64,000 bases of DNA from NCBI GenBank assembly GCA_947165135.1, contig CAMUZE010000001.1:6079-70078 (forward strand), given 5' to 3'. Of this stretch, positions 36,831 to 47,168 are shown in pieces (positions within the stretch are counted from its first letter, which is position 1; each line of letters starts with the position of its first letter). The notes beneath the pieces are model-generated. The model had not been told where the DNA came from, searched no databases, and saw nothing but the letters and a program-made list of their open reading frames with translations. The position numbers were made by a program, and so were the translations under genes. The DNA is from an uncultured Clostridia bacterium (GTDB lineage: Bacteria > Bacillota_I > Bacilli_A > RF39 > UBA660).

Positions 36831-38799
36831 ATATTATTATATTAAAAATTAATAATACTATTATGCCACATATTAGTGGTATAAAAAATGAATAAATCAT
36901 CCATTTAGTACCAACTTCACTTTTTATTGTTGATAATGTTGTGCCACAAGGAAAATGCATAATAGAAAATAATATTGTCGATATTGCAGTAGTTATAGTC
37001 CAACCATTGTTTATAAGAACATTTTTAATTTCTAAATAATTAGAAATTGTAGATATATTATTCAATCCCAAATATCCCATTATTACAATTGGTATAACTA
37101 TTTCATTAGCTGGTAATGCTAATAAAAATGAAAGAAGAATTACTCCATCAAGTCCAATCATTTTAGCGAAAGGTTCTAAAAAATGAGAAAGTGATTCAAA
37201 TATTGTTAAGTCATATAATTTAATATTAGTAAATAACCATATAATAATTCCACATGGAATAGATACTTTTATTGCTTTTTTTAAAATAGACAATGATTTA
37301 TAAATAATACTTTCTTTTAATACTTTAGTTATTTTAACTTTTTTATAGCTAGGTAGTTCTAAAACAAAAAATCCGGAATATCCTTTTAATATTGTTTTTG
37401 ATAATATAAATGATATTAAAAAAGACATAATAATTGATAAAATAATAAACAAACATAAATATAAAGAAATTAATAATTTATTATTAGAATTGGCTAAAAA
37501 CATTGTTATTAATGCTATTATCATTGGAAATCTTCCGTTACATGGAATAAAAGAATTTGTAAGTATTGCTATTAATTTATCTCTTTTACTATCAATTATT
37601 CTACTGCCAACTACTGCACAAGCATTACATCCAAATCCAGTAAACATAGTTAAGCATTGTTTTCCATGGCATCCACAAATCGAACAAACCCTATCTAAGT
37701 TGAATGCTAGTCTTGGTAAAATACCTGACTCTTCTGCATACGTATATAATATAAAAAATATAACAAGAGGTGGAAACATTACAGATACAATGAATGATAC
37801 CACTCTATAAACTCCAAATAATAATGGTTCATATATAAATGAAGGGATTTTAAAATGTATAACTATGTTATATATAACAATTTCTATTTTAGAAAAAATA
37901 AAACTCAATAGTTCGCTAGGATAATTAGATAATATTATCGTTATAAAAAATATAATAAACATAATTATAAACATTAAGAAAACTGTAATTATTTTATTTG
38001 AAAATAGTTTATCTAAAAAGCATTTACTATCACTATTATTTGTATAAACTTGATTTATTATTTCTTTGCTTAACCTATTTATAGTTAATGATATTCTATC
38101 CGATATTTCTTCTCCATTGATATTCATTAAATAATCATTAATATTTTTATCATTAATATCTATTCCATATCTATTTTTAATTACATCAATTAAGCTTCTA
38201 TCTTTGCATATAACACTTAGTGATAAATATCTGTTATTAAATGCTTCAGGCAATATTTTTTTAATATTAGATATATGTTCTTCTATTTCATCATCATATG
38301 AATAATTAAACGTACTAAAAGTTTTCTCATTTAATGATTCAATTAATTCTTTAAATCCAGTGTTTTTAAAAGTTGAGCATTCAATTACTCTTATTCCTAA
38401 AATTTTACTTAATTTATTAGTATCAATTTTTATTTTTCTACTTTCTAAAATATCTGCCATATTTATACATAAAATTACATCTTTAGTTATTTGCAATATT
38501 TGTAATAATAAATTTAAATTTTTTTCAAGATTAGTTCCATCAACAACATATATTACTTTTTTATAGTCTTCAAATAATAATGTATTTTTAGCAATTACTT
38601 CTTCTTCACTCAAACTAGATAAAGAATATATTCCTGGAAGATCTATTAAAATATAATCAGTCCCAACTATTTTTTTAGAAGCAATTTCAACTGTTTTTCC
38701 AGTCCAATTGCCTGTATGCTCATGTGATAATGTAAGTTTATTAAATATTGAGGATTTCCCGACATTAGGGTTACCCATTAAAAGAATATTATTATTCAT
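36829..38799 (-). CDS. feoB: Ferrous iron transporter B
   Basis: GNPNVGKS, GNW.GKTVE, DLPGIYSL, GFGCN, PCNGR, FPC. Confidence 0.96.
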   Translation of the reverse strand: MNNNILLMGNPNVGKSSIFNKLTLSHEHTGNWTGKTVEIASKKIVGTDYILIDLPGIYSLSSLSEEEVIAKNTLLFEDYKKVIYVVDGTNLEKNLNLLLQILQITKDVILCINMADILESRKIKIDTNKLSKILGIRVIECSTFKNTGFKELIESLNEKTFSTFNYSYDDEIEEHISNIKKILPEAFNNRYLSLSVICKDRSLIDVIKNRYGIDINDKNINDYLMNINGEEISDRISLTINRLSKEIINQVYTNNSDSKCFLDKLFSNKIITVFLMFIIMFIIFFITIILSNYPSELLSFIFSKIEIVIYNIVIHFKIPSFIYEPLLFGVYRVVSFIVSVMFPPLVIFFILYTYAEESGILPRLAFNLDRVCSICGCHGKQCLTMFTGFGCNACAVVGSRIIDSKRDKLIAILTNSFIPCNGRFPMIIALITMFLANSNNKLLISLYLCLFIILSIIMSFLISFILSKTILKGYSGFFVLELPSYKKVKITKVLKESIIYKSLSILKKAIKVSIPCGIIIWLFTNIKLYDLTIFESLSHFLEPFAKMIGLDGVILLSFLLALPANEIVIPIVIMGYLGLNNISTISNYLEIKNVLINNGWTITTAISTILFSIMHFPCGTTLSTIKSEVGTKWMIYSFFIPLICGIIVLLIFNIII

Positions 38800-39016
38800 A
38801 CTCCACCTCAATGAAACAAGCATCTTCATTTCTCAATGCAATAAGAGTATTTTTTATTTTATAACAAATTGGATTTTTAAATATTGATTCAAATTCTTTA
38901 ATAATGCTTTCACCAGGAATAAATCCTAAATCATATAATCTTCTTTTTTTAATACCATGTAATTTTATATCAATTATTTTTGCTTTTTTATTAATATCTA
39001 TTTTATTTAGGATCAT
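38792..39016 (-). CDS. feoA: Ferrous iron transport protein A
   Basis: RRL.DLGFIPG, IALR; coupled to feoB. Confidence 0.93.
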   Translation of the reverse strand: MILNKIDINKKAKIIDIKLHGIKKRRLYDLGFIPGESIIKEFESIFKNPICYKIKNTLIALRNEDACFIEVEYE

Positions 39017-39084
39017 ATTATTATCCTCCCAACTATAGTAATATATGTTCTTCTTTATTTTTTGATAAAGTCATATTATTAATT

Positions 39085-39462
39085 ATGAAGGAAAATTTTA
39101 AAGATCTATTTAATATTAATCCAAGGTTTTCAACCTCTATTGCATTTATTCTTGGATTAATTTTATTGGATGATTTAACAGCTGCAGAGCAAAATGCTGT
39201 TGGAGAATGGCTAATATTAGTGGGGCAAATATTACTTACAAATTCTGGATTACAAGTAGTAATAGAAAATAGACTAAAAAATAATAATATTAATATCAAT
39301 TCAAAGGAACTTAAATCAATATATAATCCAACTATTTATGACATAAATAAAACAAAAGATATATTAAATAAAATATATCCGTCATATAAAAATGAATTTG
39401 ATTCACTTTTAAAAATTATTAAAAAGTTAGAAAAAGAAATTAATGATATTAAAAAAGAGTAA
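39085..39462 (+). CDS. Conserved hypothetical protein
   Basis: DDLT..EQNAVG.WL..VGQ.L.T motif. Confidence 0.75.
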   Translation: MKENFKDLFNINPRFSTSIAFILGLILLDDLTAAEQNAVGEWLILVGQILLTNSGLQVVIENRLKNNNININSKELKSIYNPTIYDINKTKDILNKIYPSYKNEFDSLLKIIKKLEKEINDIKKE

Positions 39463-40743
39463 TTATTTAATAATTACCCTCTCTTTGTCTTTTTCATTCA
39501 TTGAAATTTTAACAACATATCTTTCTAGTTCTTTATTGTCATATATTTTTCCTTCTTTAAGATCATCTATATAAACACTTAATCTATCCCTATTATCTAA
39601 TCCTAAAGATATATAAATATTATTACTATCTTTCTTAACAAAATAATCATAATAACATTCAAAATATTTAACTTCAACATTAACTTTATTTTCTAATGTA
39701 TTATCATATTCAATGATATAATCTGTTTTATAATTTGAATTAAATGTAATAAAGACTTTCTTATCAGGATCATTTGGTAAATTATATGAGTTATTCTTTT
39801 TAGTCATATTATATTTTTCGCCAACATCAGATGTAACTTTAATTTTATAAATTTGTTTTAAAAATATTGCAATACCAGAGGCAATAATAACTATAGAAAT
39901 AATAGTTAATATAAATGACCATTTTCTACTAATTCTAATTCTAAGAACTGTTTTATTAATTAATACAATTATTGAAAGAACTAATAATACAAGTCCTCCT
40001 AATGCTATCACAAGTCCATATAGTTTAACACCATCTAAGAATGCAAATATACTTGCAATAAATACAACACATATCCATAACCAAATAAATAATAAAATTG
40101 TTGTAATAACTATTCTAATAACTTTTAAAGCAATTCTTTTGTTTCTTTCTTCTTTAGTTTCAAAAATCTTTTTTTCAGTTACTATCTCAGCAACTTCAAC
40201 TACTTCATTTTCTTCTTCTTGAATTTCTTCTATCTTATCTTCTATTTTTTCTTTAAAAGTTTTCTTCTTTTTGAATCTATCAAAGAAACTTTTCTTTTCT
40301 TTTTTATCATTTATATTTTCTATTTTATCTTCTATTTTTTCTTTTAATGTTTTTTCTTTTTTAAATCTTGCAAAGAAATTCTTTTTTTCTTTTTTATCTT
40401 TCTTTTCAGTCTTTATCCAACCAAATATATTCTTTTTATTTTTTTGTTTCTTTTTTTTGTCTTTTTTCTTCTTAGGTTTATCTTCTTTATTCTTCTTAAA
40501 TTTAGAGAAAAATTCATTTAATTTATATTCAGCATTTCTAGTTTTTCTATACTCTTCTATCTCTTTGTTAGCAACATCTTCAACATTACCTATTTCTTTT
40601 AAAATATCAACTATTCTTTCTTTATTTTCTTTCTTCTCATCAATTATATTTTTATATTTTAAAACAATAGCAGTTTTATCTCTCTTGCTAACAAATTCTA
40701 ATCTCTTTTCCAACTCATCTAAAAACTTTTTTTCTTTTTTCAT
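39463..40743 (-). CDS. DUF1700-like membrane protein with Lys-rich repeats
   Basis: FL.ELE.RL N-terminus, duplicated KEKK.FF.RFKK.KT.KEKIEDKIE, 3 TMs. Confidence 0.75.
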   Translation of the reverse strand: MKKEKKFLDELEKRLEFVSKRDKTAIVLKYKNIIDEKKENKERIVDILKEIGNVEDVANKEIEEYRKTRNAEYKLNEFFSKFKKNKEDKPKKKKDKKKKQKNKKNIFGWIKTEKKDKKEKKNFFARFKKEKTLKEKIEDKIENINDKKEKKSFFDRFKKKKTFKEKIEDKIEEIQEEENEVVEVAEIVTEKKIFETKEERNKRIALKVIRIVITTILLFIWLWICVVFIASIFAFLDGVKLYGLVIALGGLVLLVLSIIVLINKTVLRIRISRKWSFILTIISIVIIASGIAIFLKQIYKIKVTSDVGEKYNMTKKNNSYNLPNDPDKKVFITFNSNYKTDYIIEYDNTLENKVNVEVKYFECYYDYFVKKDSNNIYISLGLDNRDRLSVYIDDLKEGKIYDNKELERYVVKISMNEKDKERVIIK

Positions 40744-40792
40744 ACTTTTCTCCAAAATTCAAGATATATACTAACCTATTATATTAATTTTG

Positions 40793-41419
40793 TCAATTAA
40801 TTATATTATCAATTTTATCTTTTAAAACATTTTTTACATAGTTTTTAATATTTTCATATATTTTAGTAAATAATTTCTTTAAAATATCCCAAATATAATT
40901 TAAAATTTTATTAACTGCAGATTCATCTTCATCATCATTATTTTCTTCATCACTACTCCAAATACCAAGTTTTTTCTTTTTAGCAATACTCTCTTCTTTT
41001 TTTAATTCATTAACATATTTATATTCATCATATACATAATCAACTTTAGCATATCCTTTTTTTATTAATTCCTTTTGTAAAAGAAAATTATCTACAAATA
41101 TCCATCCTAAAAATCGTCCATATTTATCTGTCTTATTGCTTTTAATATCATATTCTATTTCAATATTATTGCTGTCAGTTAAACGATTACATGTATATTT
41201 ACTTGCTTCGATAGCATAAGGCTCATCTTTATCTTTTGTTGAATATTTTGTTTCAGGAGTATTTATTGCGAGAAATCTTATTGTTTCCATTTTTCCATTA
41301 ACTCTTGCTCTTATAGTATCACCATCAATACATTCTATATCACTAAGACTATCTCTTTGTGCACTAACATTAATAGTAAATATAAAAAATAATAATATAA
41401 TTACAACTACTTTTTCCAT
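40793..41419 (-). CDS. Secreted thermonuclease (SNase family)
   Basis: Signal peptide, IDGDTI, IRFLAINTPE, DKYGR.L. Confidence 0.93.
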   Translation of the reverse strand: MEKVVVIILLFFIFTINVSAQRDSLSDIECIDGDTIRARVNGKMETIRFLAINTPETKYSTKDKDEPYAIEASKYTCNRLTDSNNIEIEYDIKSNKTDKYGRFLGWIFVDNFLLQKELIKKGYAKVDYVYDEYKYVNELKKEESIAKKKKLGIWSSDEENNDDEDESAVNKILNYIWDILKKLFTKIYENIKNYVKNVLKDKIDNIIN

Positions 41420-41510
41420 AGTAATATTTTATCATAATTATAATCTAAATTCATCAACATAATAATTTATATATTGAATATACTAATAGTGTAAAGAAAT
41501 TTAAAAATAA

Positions 41511-41537
41511 TTAGCACTCTCTGTTGACAAGTGCTAA
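41511..41537. promoter_or_regulatory. CIRCE element (HrcA operator) overlapping the hsp20 promoter
   Basis: TTAGCACTC-N9-AAGTGCTAA (1 mismatch); TTGACA 41524, TATAAT 41546. Confidence 0.92.
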
Positions 41538-41575
41538 TTTATGAGTATAATTATATTTGTAAGGAGATGATAATA

Positions 41576-41971
41576 ATGAGTTTATTACCAGGAAAATTTT
41601 ATTTAGATGATTTCTTTGATGATTTCGCTCCAATGCCAAAAATGAAGGGATTTGATATGAAGTGTGACATTTACGAAAAGAAAGGAAACGTTCATATCGA
41701 ATTAGAAGTTCCAGGATTTAACAAGGATGAAATCAAATTAGACGTTGAAGATGGAATTCTTACAGTACTTGCAAAAAAGAATGAAGAAAAAGAAGATAAA
41801 GAAAAGAATTACTACAGAAAAGAAAGAGTATATGGCAGTTATAAGAGACAATTCAATATCGGCAATATAAATGAAAAAGAAATCAATGCTAAATTTAATA
41901 ATGGCGTATTAGAAATTTCCTTCCCTAAAGAAGAAAAGAAAGAAACAAAGAAATTCATCGAAATAAAATAA
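41576..41971 (+). CDS. Hsp20/alpha-crystallin small heat shock protein
   Basis: DI.E, PGF.K.EI, ER.YG.Y.R.F, A.F.NGVL.I..PK; CIRCE upstream. Confidence 0.96.
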   Translation: MSLLPGKFYLDDFFDDFAPMPKMKGFDMKCDIYEKKGNVHIELEVPGFNKDEIKLDVEDGILTVLAKKNEEKEDKEKNYYRKERVYGSYKRQFNIGNINEKEINAKFNNGVLEISFPKEEKKETKKFIEIK

Positions 41972-42072
41972 TAATTTAAAAGAGTGACAAATGTCACTCT
42001 TTTTTTTGGGGTATTGTTTGACATTAGTATCTGATATATTATAAAATTATATTAAGGTAATGGAGAATTAAT

Positions 42073-42531
42073 ATGAAAAAAAATGGTTTTACACTTATAG
42101 AGGTTTTAGCAGTTATTGCTATACTCGCTATTTTAATAGTTTTAGCAGTTCCTGCATTGTTGGAAACATATAGAACAGCTAAAATGAATGCGTTTACTAC
42201 AGAATTAAAATTAATTGGACGTGCAGCAAATCAACAATGGGCTAGTGAAAAACTAACTAACCCAGAACCTATGACATTTACTAAAGATGGTGATACAGAA
42301 TGTTCAAGTCATGTCGATTTAATGAACGTATCTGATTTAAGCTATTATATTTCAATTGATGGAAATGGAAATATTGTTAAATTCTATGCTAATAATAATG
42401 AATTTCAATATCACTATGATGGATCTGCTCTTGGTTTAGAAGAAATAGTTAATGCTCAAAGATTAGCAGATGTTACTGGAAATAATTTTGTTAAAATTAC
42501 ATGTAGTAGTGCAATACTTTCTTCTAAATAA
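42073..42531 (+). CDS. Type IV pilin-like prepilin
   Basis: KKNG/FTLIEVLAVIAILAIL class III signal. Confidence 0.9.
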   Translation: MKKNGFTLIEVLAVIAILAILIVLAVPALLETYRTAKMNAFTTELKLIGRAANQQWASEKLTNPEPMTFTKDGDTECSSHVDLMNVSDLSYYISIDGNGNIVKFYANNNEFQYHYDGSALGLEEIVNAQRLADVTGNNFVKITCSSAILSSK

Positions 42532-42568
42532 TTAAGTATTTAAAAAGAGTAACTAAAATTACTCTTTT

Positions 42569-43675
42569 TTATTTTGTAACATTAAATCTAAATAAGCAAA
42601 TATCTCCATCTTGCATTAAATAATCTTTTCCTTCAAGTCTCGCTTTTCCAGCCTCTTTTACTTTTAATTCACTACCACATGCTACCAAATCATCATAACT
42701 CATTACTTCAGCTTTAATAAATCCACGCTCAAAGTCTGTATGAATAAGTCCAGCACACTCTGGTGCTTTCATTCCATCCTTAAATGTCCATGCTCTTACT
42801 TCATCTTTACCAACAGTAAAGAATGTTTTAAGGCCTAACATATGATAAGTTATGTGTATTAATTGATCAAGTCCGCTATTTTGAATTCCTAAATCAGCTA
42901 GAAATTCTTTTTTACTATCTTCATCTAATTCAGATAATTCACTTTCTATCTTAGCACACATTAATACTACAGCTGCATTTTCTTTTGAAGCGTATTCACG
43001 AACTTTTTTAACATGTTCATTTTCATCATTTAATAAATCATCTTCTGACACATTAGCAAGATATATAAATGGTTTATGTGTTATTAAATTATATGTTTTT
43101 ATTAATTTAGATTCCTTTTCATCAAATTTCTCTAATCTTAACATTTTTCCTTCACTCAAAATTGCTTGCAATCTCTTAAGTAAAGCGACTTCATATAAAC
43201 CTTCCTTATCATTTGAAGTAATTGCTTTCTTTTCTATTCTAGAAAGTCTTCCTTCGACAATCTCTAAATCACTTAATATAAGTTCATAATTAACTATTTC
43301 AATATCACGTATAGGATCAATGCTTCCTTCCACATGTATAATATCTTTATTTTCAAAACATCTTACTACTTGTACAATAGCATCCACTTCACGTATATTA
43401 GCTAAGAATTTATTTCCTAAACCTTCACCTTTTGATGCGCCTTTAACAAGACCAGCTATATCAATAAATTCATATTGAGTTGCGATTAGCCTTTCAGGCA
43501 TATACATATCATTTAATGTTTCTAATCTTTTATCAGGAACTGTTACAACACCTACATTTGGATCTATTGTTGCAAAAGGATAATTAGCAGCCAAAATATT
43601 CTTTTTTGTTATTGCATTAAAAAGAGTACTTTTTCCCACATTAGGAAGTCCTATAATACCAGCTTTAAGCGCCAT
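42569..43675 (-). CDS. ychF: Redox-regulated ATPase YchF
   Basis: [37 protein letters not shown]. Confidence 0.98.
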   Translation of the reverse strand: MALKAGIIGLPNVGKSTLFNAITKKNILAANYPFATIDPNVGVVTVPDKRLETLNDMYMPERLIATQYEFIDIAGLVKGASKGEGLGNKFLANIREVDAIVQVVRCFENKDIIHVEGSIDPIRDIEIVNYELILSDLEIVEGRLSRIEKKAITSNDKEGLYEVALLKRLQAILSEGKMLRLEKFDEKESKLIKTYNLITHKPFIYLANVSEDDLLNDENEHVKKVREYASKENAAVVLMCAKIESELSELDEDSKKEFLADLGIQNSGLDQLIHITYHMLGLKTFFTVGKDEVRAWTFKDGMKAPECAGLIHTDFERGFIKAEVMSYDDLVACGSELKVKEAGKARLEGKDYLMQDGDICLFRFNVTK

Positions 43676-45197
43676 ATATTACACCAGGAAAAGATCCTAT
43701 TCCAATTGGAATTCCTATTAAATACCAACTAACAATTATAACAAACCAAATAACTGTTATGTAAAGAGCATATGATCTTAAATACTTAAAACTTCCAAAT
43801 AATGTTATTGTATCATCGCTAGTATTAAACTTTTCTAAGAATGCTATATAAATAACATAAAACATAAATAATGGAGTTAACCCTTTAGTAACTGAATCTG
43901 CCGCAGTAAATACTACTTGCGCAAATTCAGGACTAATACTTGCATTCATAAACACAGGTACAACACTTCCAGACAATATCTCCCATTTAGTTATTGATGA
44001 AGGACAGAAAATTGTAGCTATTGCAATAAGAATAAAAGTTATTAATATTAACCATAGTCCAGTAAAATTAAATCCACTTATTAATTTAGCAAAAACTCCA
44101 CATATTACTGCTCCTATATTACTCTCTTCAAAAACATTAATAAATAATGATGCAAAGAATATTAATACTAGGATATTACCAATTCCATCAAGAGATGCTC
44201 CTAAGCTTACTGCAACATCATTATTGTTTTTAATTGTCTTAGTCATTACACCATACCCAAGTCCAACTATAACAAATAACATTGTTACAATAAATATAAA
44301 TCCTTTATTAAATAATGAGTTGGGTCCAAATAACATATCAATATACATTGTTCCACTCTTATCAAGCAATGTTCCAGAAAAAGGAAGCCCAGGTATTATC
44401 ATATATATAACTAATAGTACATATATAAATCCAAAGAATAAACCAATTATTAAACCACGTAATTCTTTATTAGTTATTACCACTTCTTCTTCATTATACT
44501 CAACTCTTGGTAACTTTGGCATAACTTTCTTTTCTGTTACACTTGTAAATATAATTGCCGTTGCAATTAAAGCAATTATCATTATAAACAAGTAGAAAAA
44601 TACACCTATTTTATAATTGGGGTCAAGTGCTTTTGTAGCATTTAATGTTATTGATAATAAAGAACTATCATTTGCAGACAAAAATACATTTATTCCATAA
44701 CCAAATGATAATGCTGCGAAAGATGCAATTATTCCGCCCAAAGGATTCCTTCTTCCATATTTAAATAGCAAAGCTCCTAAAGGCAACATTACTACAAAAC
44801 CGATATCTCCTAAGATTGAAAACATTAAACTAATTAATATTAGTAAAAATGTTATTGTATTCTTTTTAGAACTTCTTGTTAATATTGTAAAAAATGTTTT
44901 TAAAAATCCAGTTTTTTCTAATACTCCTATTCCAATTAAAACAATTATTAATGTAGAAAGGGGTGCAAAATTAACAAAACCACTAACTGCAGTTGTTGCA
45001 ATATGTTTTAAACCAGAAGTACTTAATATATTTTTTACTTCAACTACATTATTGACAAACTCAGATGTTACCCTATTTACACTGCTATATTCAGATTGAA
45101 AATTAAATAAATGTAATACACCACTTAATATTATAGTAGCAAACATTAATAGAATAAATGTCATAATAGGACTAAGTTTTAATTTCTTCTTAAACAT
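43665..45197 (-). CDS. AbgT-family transporter
   Basis: F..FAPL, G.G..EK.G, GR.PL.G, S...KW, DS.T...TP; about 12 TMs. Confidence 0.85.
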   Translation of the reverse strand: MFKKKLKLSPIMTFILLMFATIILSGVLHLFNFQSEYSSVNRVTSEFVNNVVEVKNILSTSGLKHIATTAVSGFVNFAPLSTLIIVLIGIGVLEKTGFLKTFFTILTRSSKKNTITFLLILISLMFSILGDIGFVVMLPLGALLFKYGRRNPLGGIIASFAALSFGYGINVFLSANDSSLLSITLNATKALDPNYKIGVFFYLFIMIIALIATAIIFTSVTEKKVMPKLPRVEYNEEEVVITNKELRGLIIGLFFGFIYVLLVIYMIIPGLPFSGTLLDKSGTMYIDMLFGPNSLFNKGFIFIVTMLFVIVGLGYGVMTKTIKNNNDVAVSLGASLDGIGNILVLIFFASLFINVFEESNIGAVICGVFAKLISGFNFTGLWLILITFILIAIATIFCPSSITKWEILSGSVVPVFMNASISPEFAQVVFTAADSVTKGLTPLFMFYVIYIAFLEKFNTSDDTITLFGSFKYLRSYALYITVIWFVIIVSWYLIGIPIGIGSFPGVIYGA

Positions 45198-45391
45198 TAA
45201 TACTCCTCTACTTTCTTAAGTTTCTTATCAAACTCTATTTTATCCATCATTATGCTTCTTCCACATTTTATACATTTAATTTTAATGTCTACTCCCATTC
45301 TTGTGATTTCAAATAAATTAGTACCACAAGGATGTTGTTTTTTCATAATGACTTTACTTCCCATTTTATATTCTTTATTCATATTAATCAA
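45197..45391 (-). CDS. DUF951 family protein
   Basis: MKK.HPCG...F...RMG.DIKIKC..CGR. Confidence 0.9.
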   Translation of the reverse strand: MINMNKEYKMGSKVIMKKQHPCGTNLFEITRMGVDIKIKCIKCGRSIMMDKIEFDKKLKKVEEY

Positions 45392-46298
45392 CTTTCACTT
45401 CAACATTTAGAATATTTAGAATTCTTTCTAAATCTTTATCATTAGTAAATGGAATAACAATCTTTTTATTTTGAATTTTTACTTTATTTCCAATAGTATC
45501 AGTTAAAGCTTCTTCTACATATCCATAATTATTTGGTTCCTTTACCTTAATTATTTTATTCTTTCTCTCATAACTTGGATTTTCTACTAATGCTTCTAAT
45601 GCCCTAACAGATAAGTCTTCTTTCTTAATTTTTTCTACTAAAGACAATATTTGCTCTTCACTATCTAATTTACTTAATATTTTTGCATGACCAGCACTAA
45701 TCACTCCATCTGATACATCTTTTTTAACAGATTCAGGAAGTCTTAATAATCCTAACATATTAGTAATATAACTTCTACTCTTACCTATTTTTCTACCTAG
45801 TAATTCTTGTGTAGTATTAAGCATAGAAATTAGTTTACTATATGCTTCTGCTTCCTCTATTGCAGATAAATCTTCTCTTTGAATGTTTTCAAGTAATGCT
45901 ATTTGCATCATCTCTTCATCAGAAAAATCTTTTATAATCGCAGGTATAGTTTTAAATCCAGCCAATTCACTTGCTTTCTTTCTTCTTTCACCTGCTACTA
46001 TTTCATAGCCTTTAACGCTCTTTTTAACTATAATTGGTTCTAAAACTCCAAATTCTTTAATTGAATCTGCTAATTCTTGTAATTTTTCTGGATCAAAGTT
46101 TTGTCTTGGCTGATAAGGATTGCTTCTTAGTTCATTTAAATCAATTTCAACAATATCATCATCTTTTACATTCTCAGTTATTTCCTCAATTGGATTAACA
46201 TATAAAGATTCATTGCTAAATAATTGTTCTAAACCTCTCCCAAGAGCTTTTCTTTTACTCCCCGTTTCCATGTTCATCCCTTCTTCCATCTTTTTCAT
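45384..46298 (-). CDS. parB: Chromosome partitioning protein ParB/Spo0J
   Basis: LGRGL, NPYQPR, GERR, ENIQREDL, GKSRS HTH. Confidence 0.97.
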   Translation of the reverse strand: MKKMEEGMNMETGSKRKALGRGLEQLFSNESLYVNPIEEITENVKDDDIVEIDLNELRSNPYQPRQNFDPEKLQELADSIKEFGVLEPIIVKKSVKGYEIVAGERRKKASELAGFKTIPAIIKDFSDEEMMQIALLENIQREDLSAIEEAEAYSKLISMLNTTQELLGRKIGKSRSYITNMLGLLRLPESVKKDVSDGVISAGHAKILSKLDSEEQILSLVEKIKKEDLSVRALEALVENPSYERKNKIIKVKEPNNYGYVEEALTDTIGNKVKIQNKKIVIPFTNDKDLERILNILNVEVKVD

Positions 46299-47073
46299 TC
46301 CTCTCTATTACTTCTTTTGCAAGATTTAAGTAAGCAAGAGCTCCTTTACTTTTAGGATCATATTCAATAATTGGTTTGCCATGTGATGGCGCTTCAACCA
46401 ATTTTACTAATCTAGGAATAATTGTACTAAATACTTTTTCATTAAAATACTTACGTACATCCTCAACTACTTCTAATCCCAATAAAGTTCTTCCATCTAA
46501 CATTGTAAGAAGCACACCTTCTATTTCTAAATGTTGATTAACTTTTTGTTGTACTCTCAATATCGTATGTAATAATTGATTAACACCTTCTAATGAATAA
46601 TATTCACATTGAATTGGTATTAAAACTGAATCTGATGCAGCCAAAGCATTAGTTGTTAAAATACCTAAGTTTGGTGGACAATCAATTATAATATAGTCGT
46701 ATCTTTCTTTAATACGATCTAATTGTTTCTTTAATTGTTCTGTTATGATAAAATCCTTATCTTGAACACTAATTTGAATTAATTCAATGTCTACACCTGC
46801 CAAATCTATTAATGCAGGAATTATGCTAAGGTTTTTAAATTGGGTTTTAATTATTGTGTCCTCAATATTACATTCCCCCATCATAACATTATAAATACTT
46901 TTTTTAATTTTTACTCTGTCTATTCCAAGACCAGTAGTACTATTGCTTTGAGGATCCAAGTCAATTAGTAAAACTTTTTTATCAAAATGCCCTAAAGAAC
47001 TTGATAAATTTATACTAGTTGTTGTCTTTCCTACTCCACCTTTTTGATTTACTAATGATATTATTTTTCCCAC
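46255..47073 (-). CDS. parA: Chromosome partitioning ATPase ParA/Soj
   Basis: NQKGGVGKTT, DLDPQ, DCPP, EAPS.G; GTG start behind AAGGAAGG. Confidence 0.97.
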   Translation of the reverse strand: MGKIISLVNQKGGVGKTTTSINLSSSLGHFDKKVLLIDLDPQSNSTTGLGIDRVKIKKSIYNVMMGECNIEDTIIKTQFKNLSIIPALIDLAGVDIELIQISVQDKDFIITEQLKKQLDRIKERYDYIIIDCPPNLGILTTNALAASDSVLIPIQCEYYSLEGVNQLLHTILRVQQKVNQHLEIEGVLLTMLDGRTLLGLEVVEDVRKYFNEKVFSTIIPRLVKLVEAPSHGKPIIEYDPKSKGALAYLNLAKEVIERNEKDGRRDEHGNGE

Positions 47074-47168
47074 GATAGTTACCTTCCTTACTACTAAATA
47101 TTTTAACACATATACCATTTTTTTGAAATAAAAAAAGCATAAAAATAAAAATTACCTATAAAAGGTAA

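Noticed and set aside
40271-40774. 167-aa Phe/Leu-rich ORF and similar short antisense ORFs throughout the track
   Set aside because: Reverse-complement shadows of Lys/Glu-rich real genes.
45384-47168. parS site or replication origin near parA/parB
   Set aside because: No TGTTTCACGTGAAACA-like palindrome or DnaA-box cluster seen by eye.
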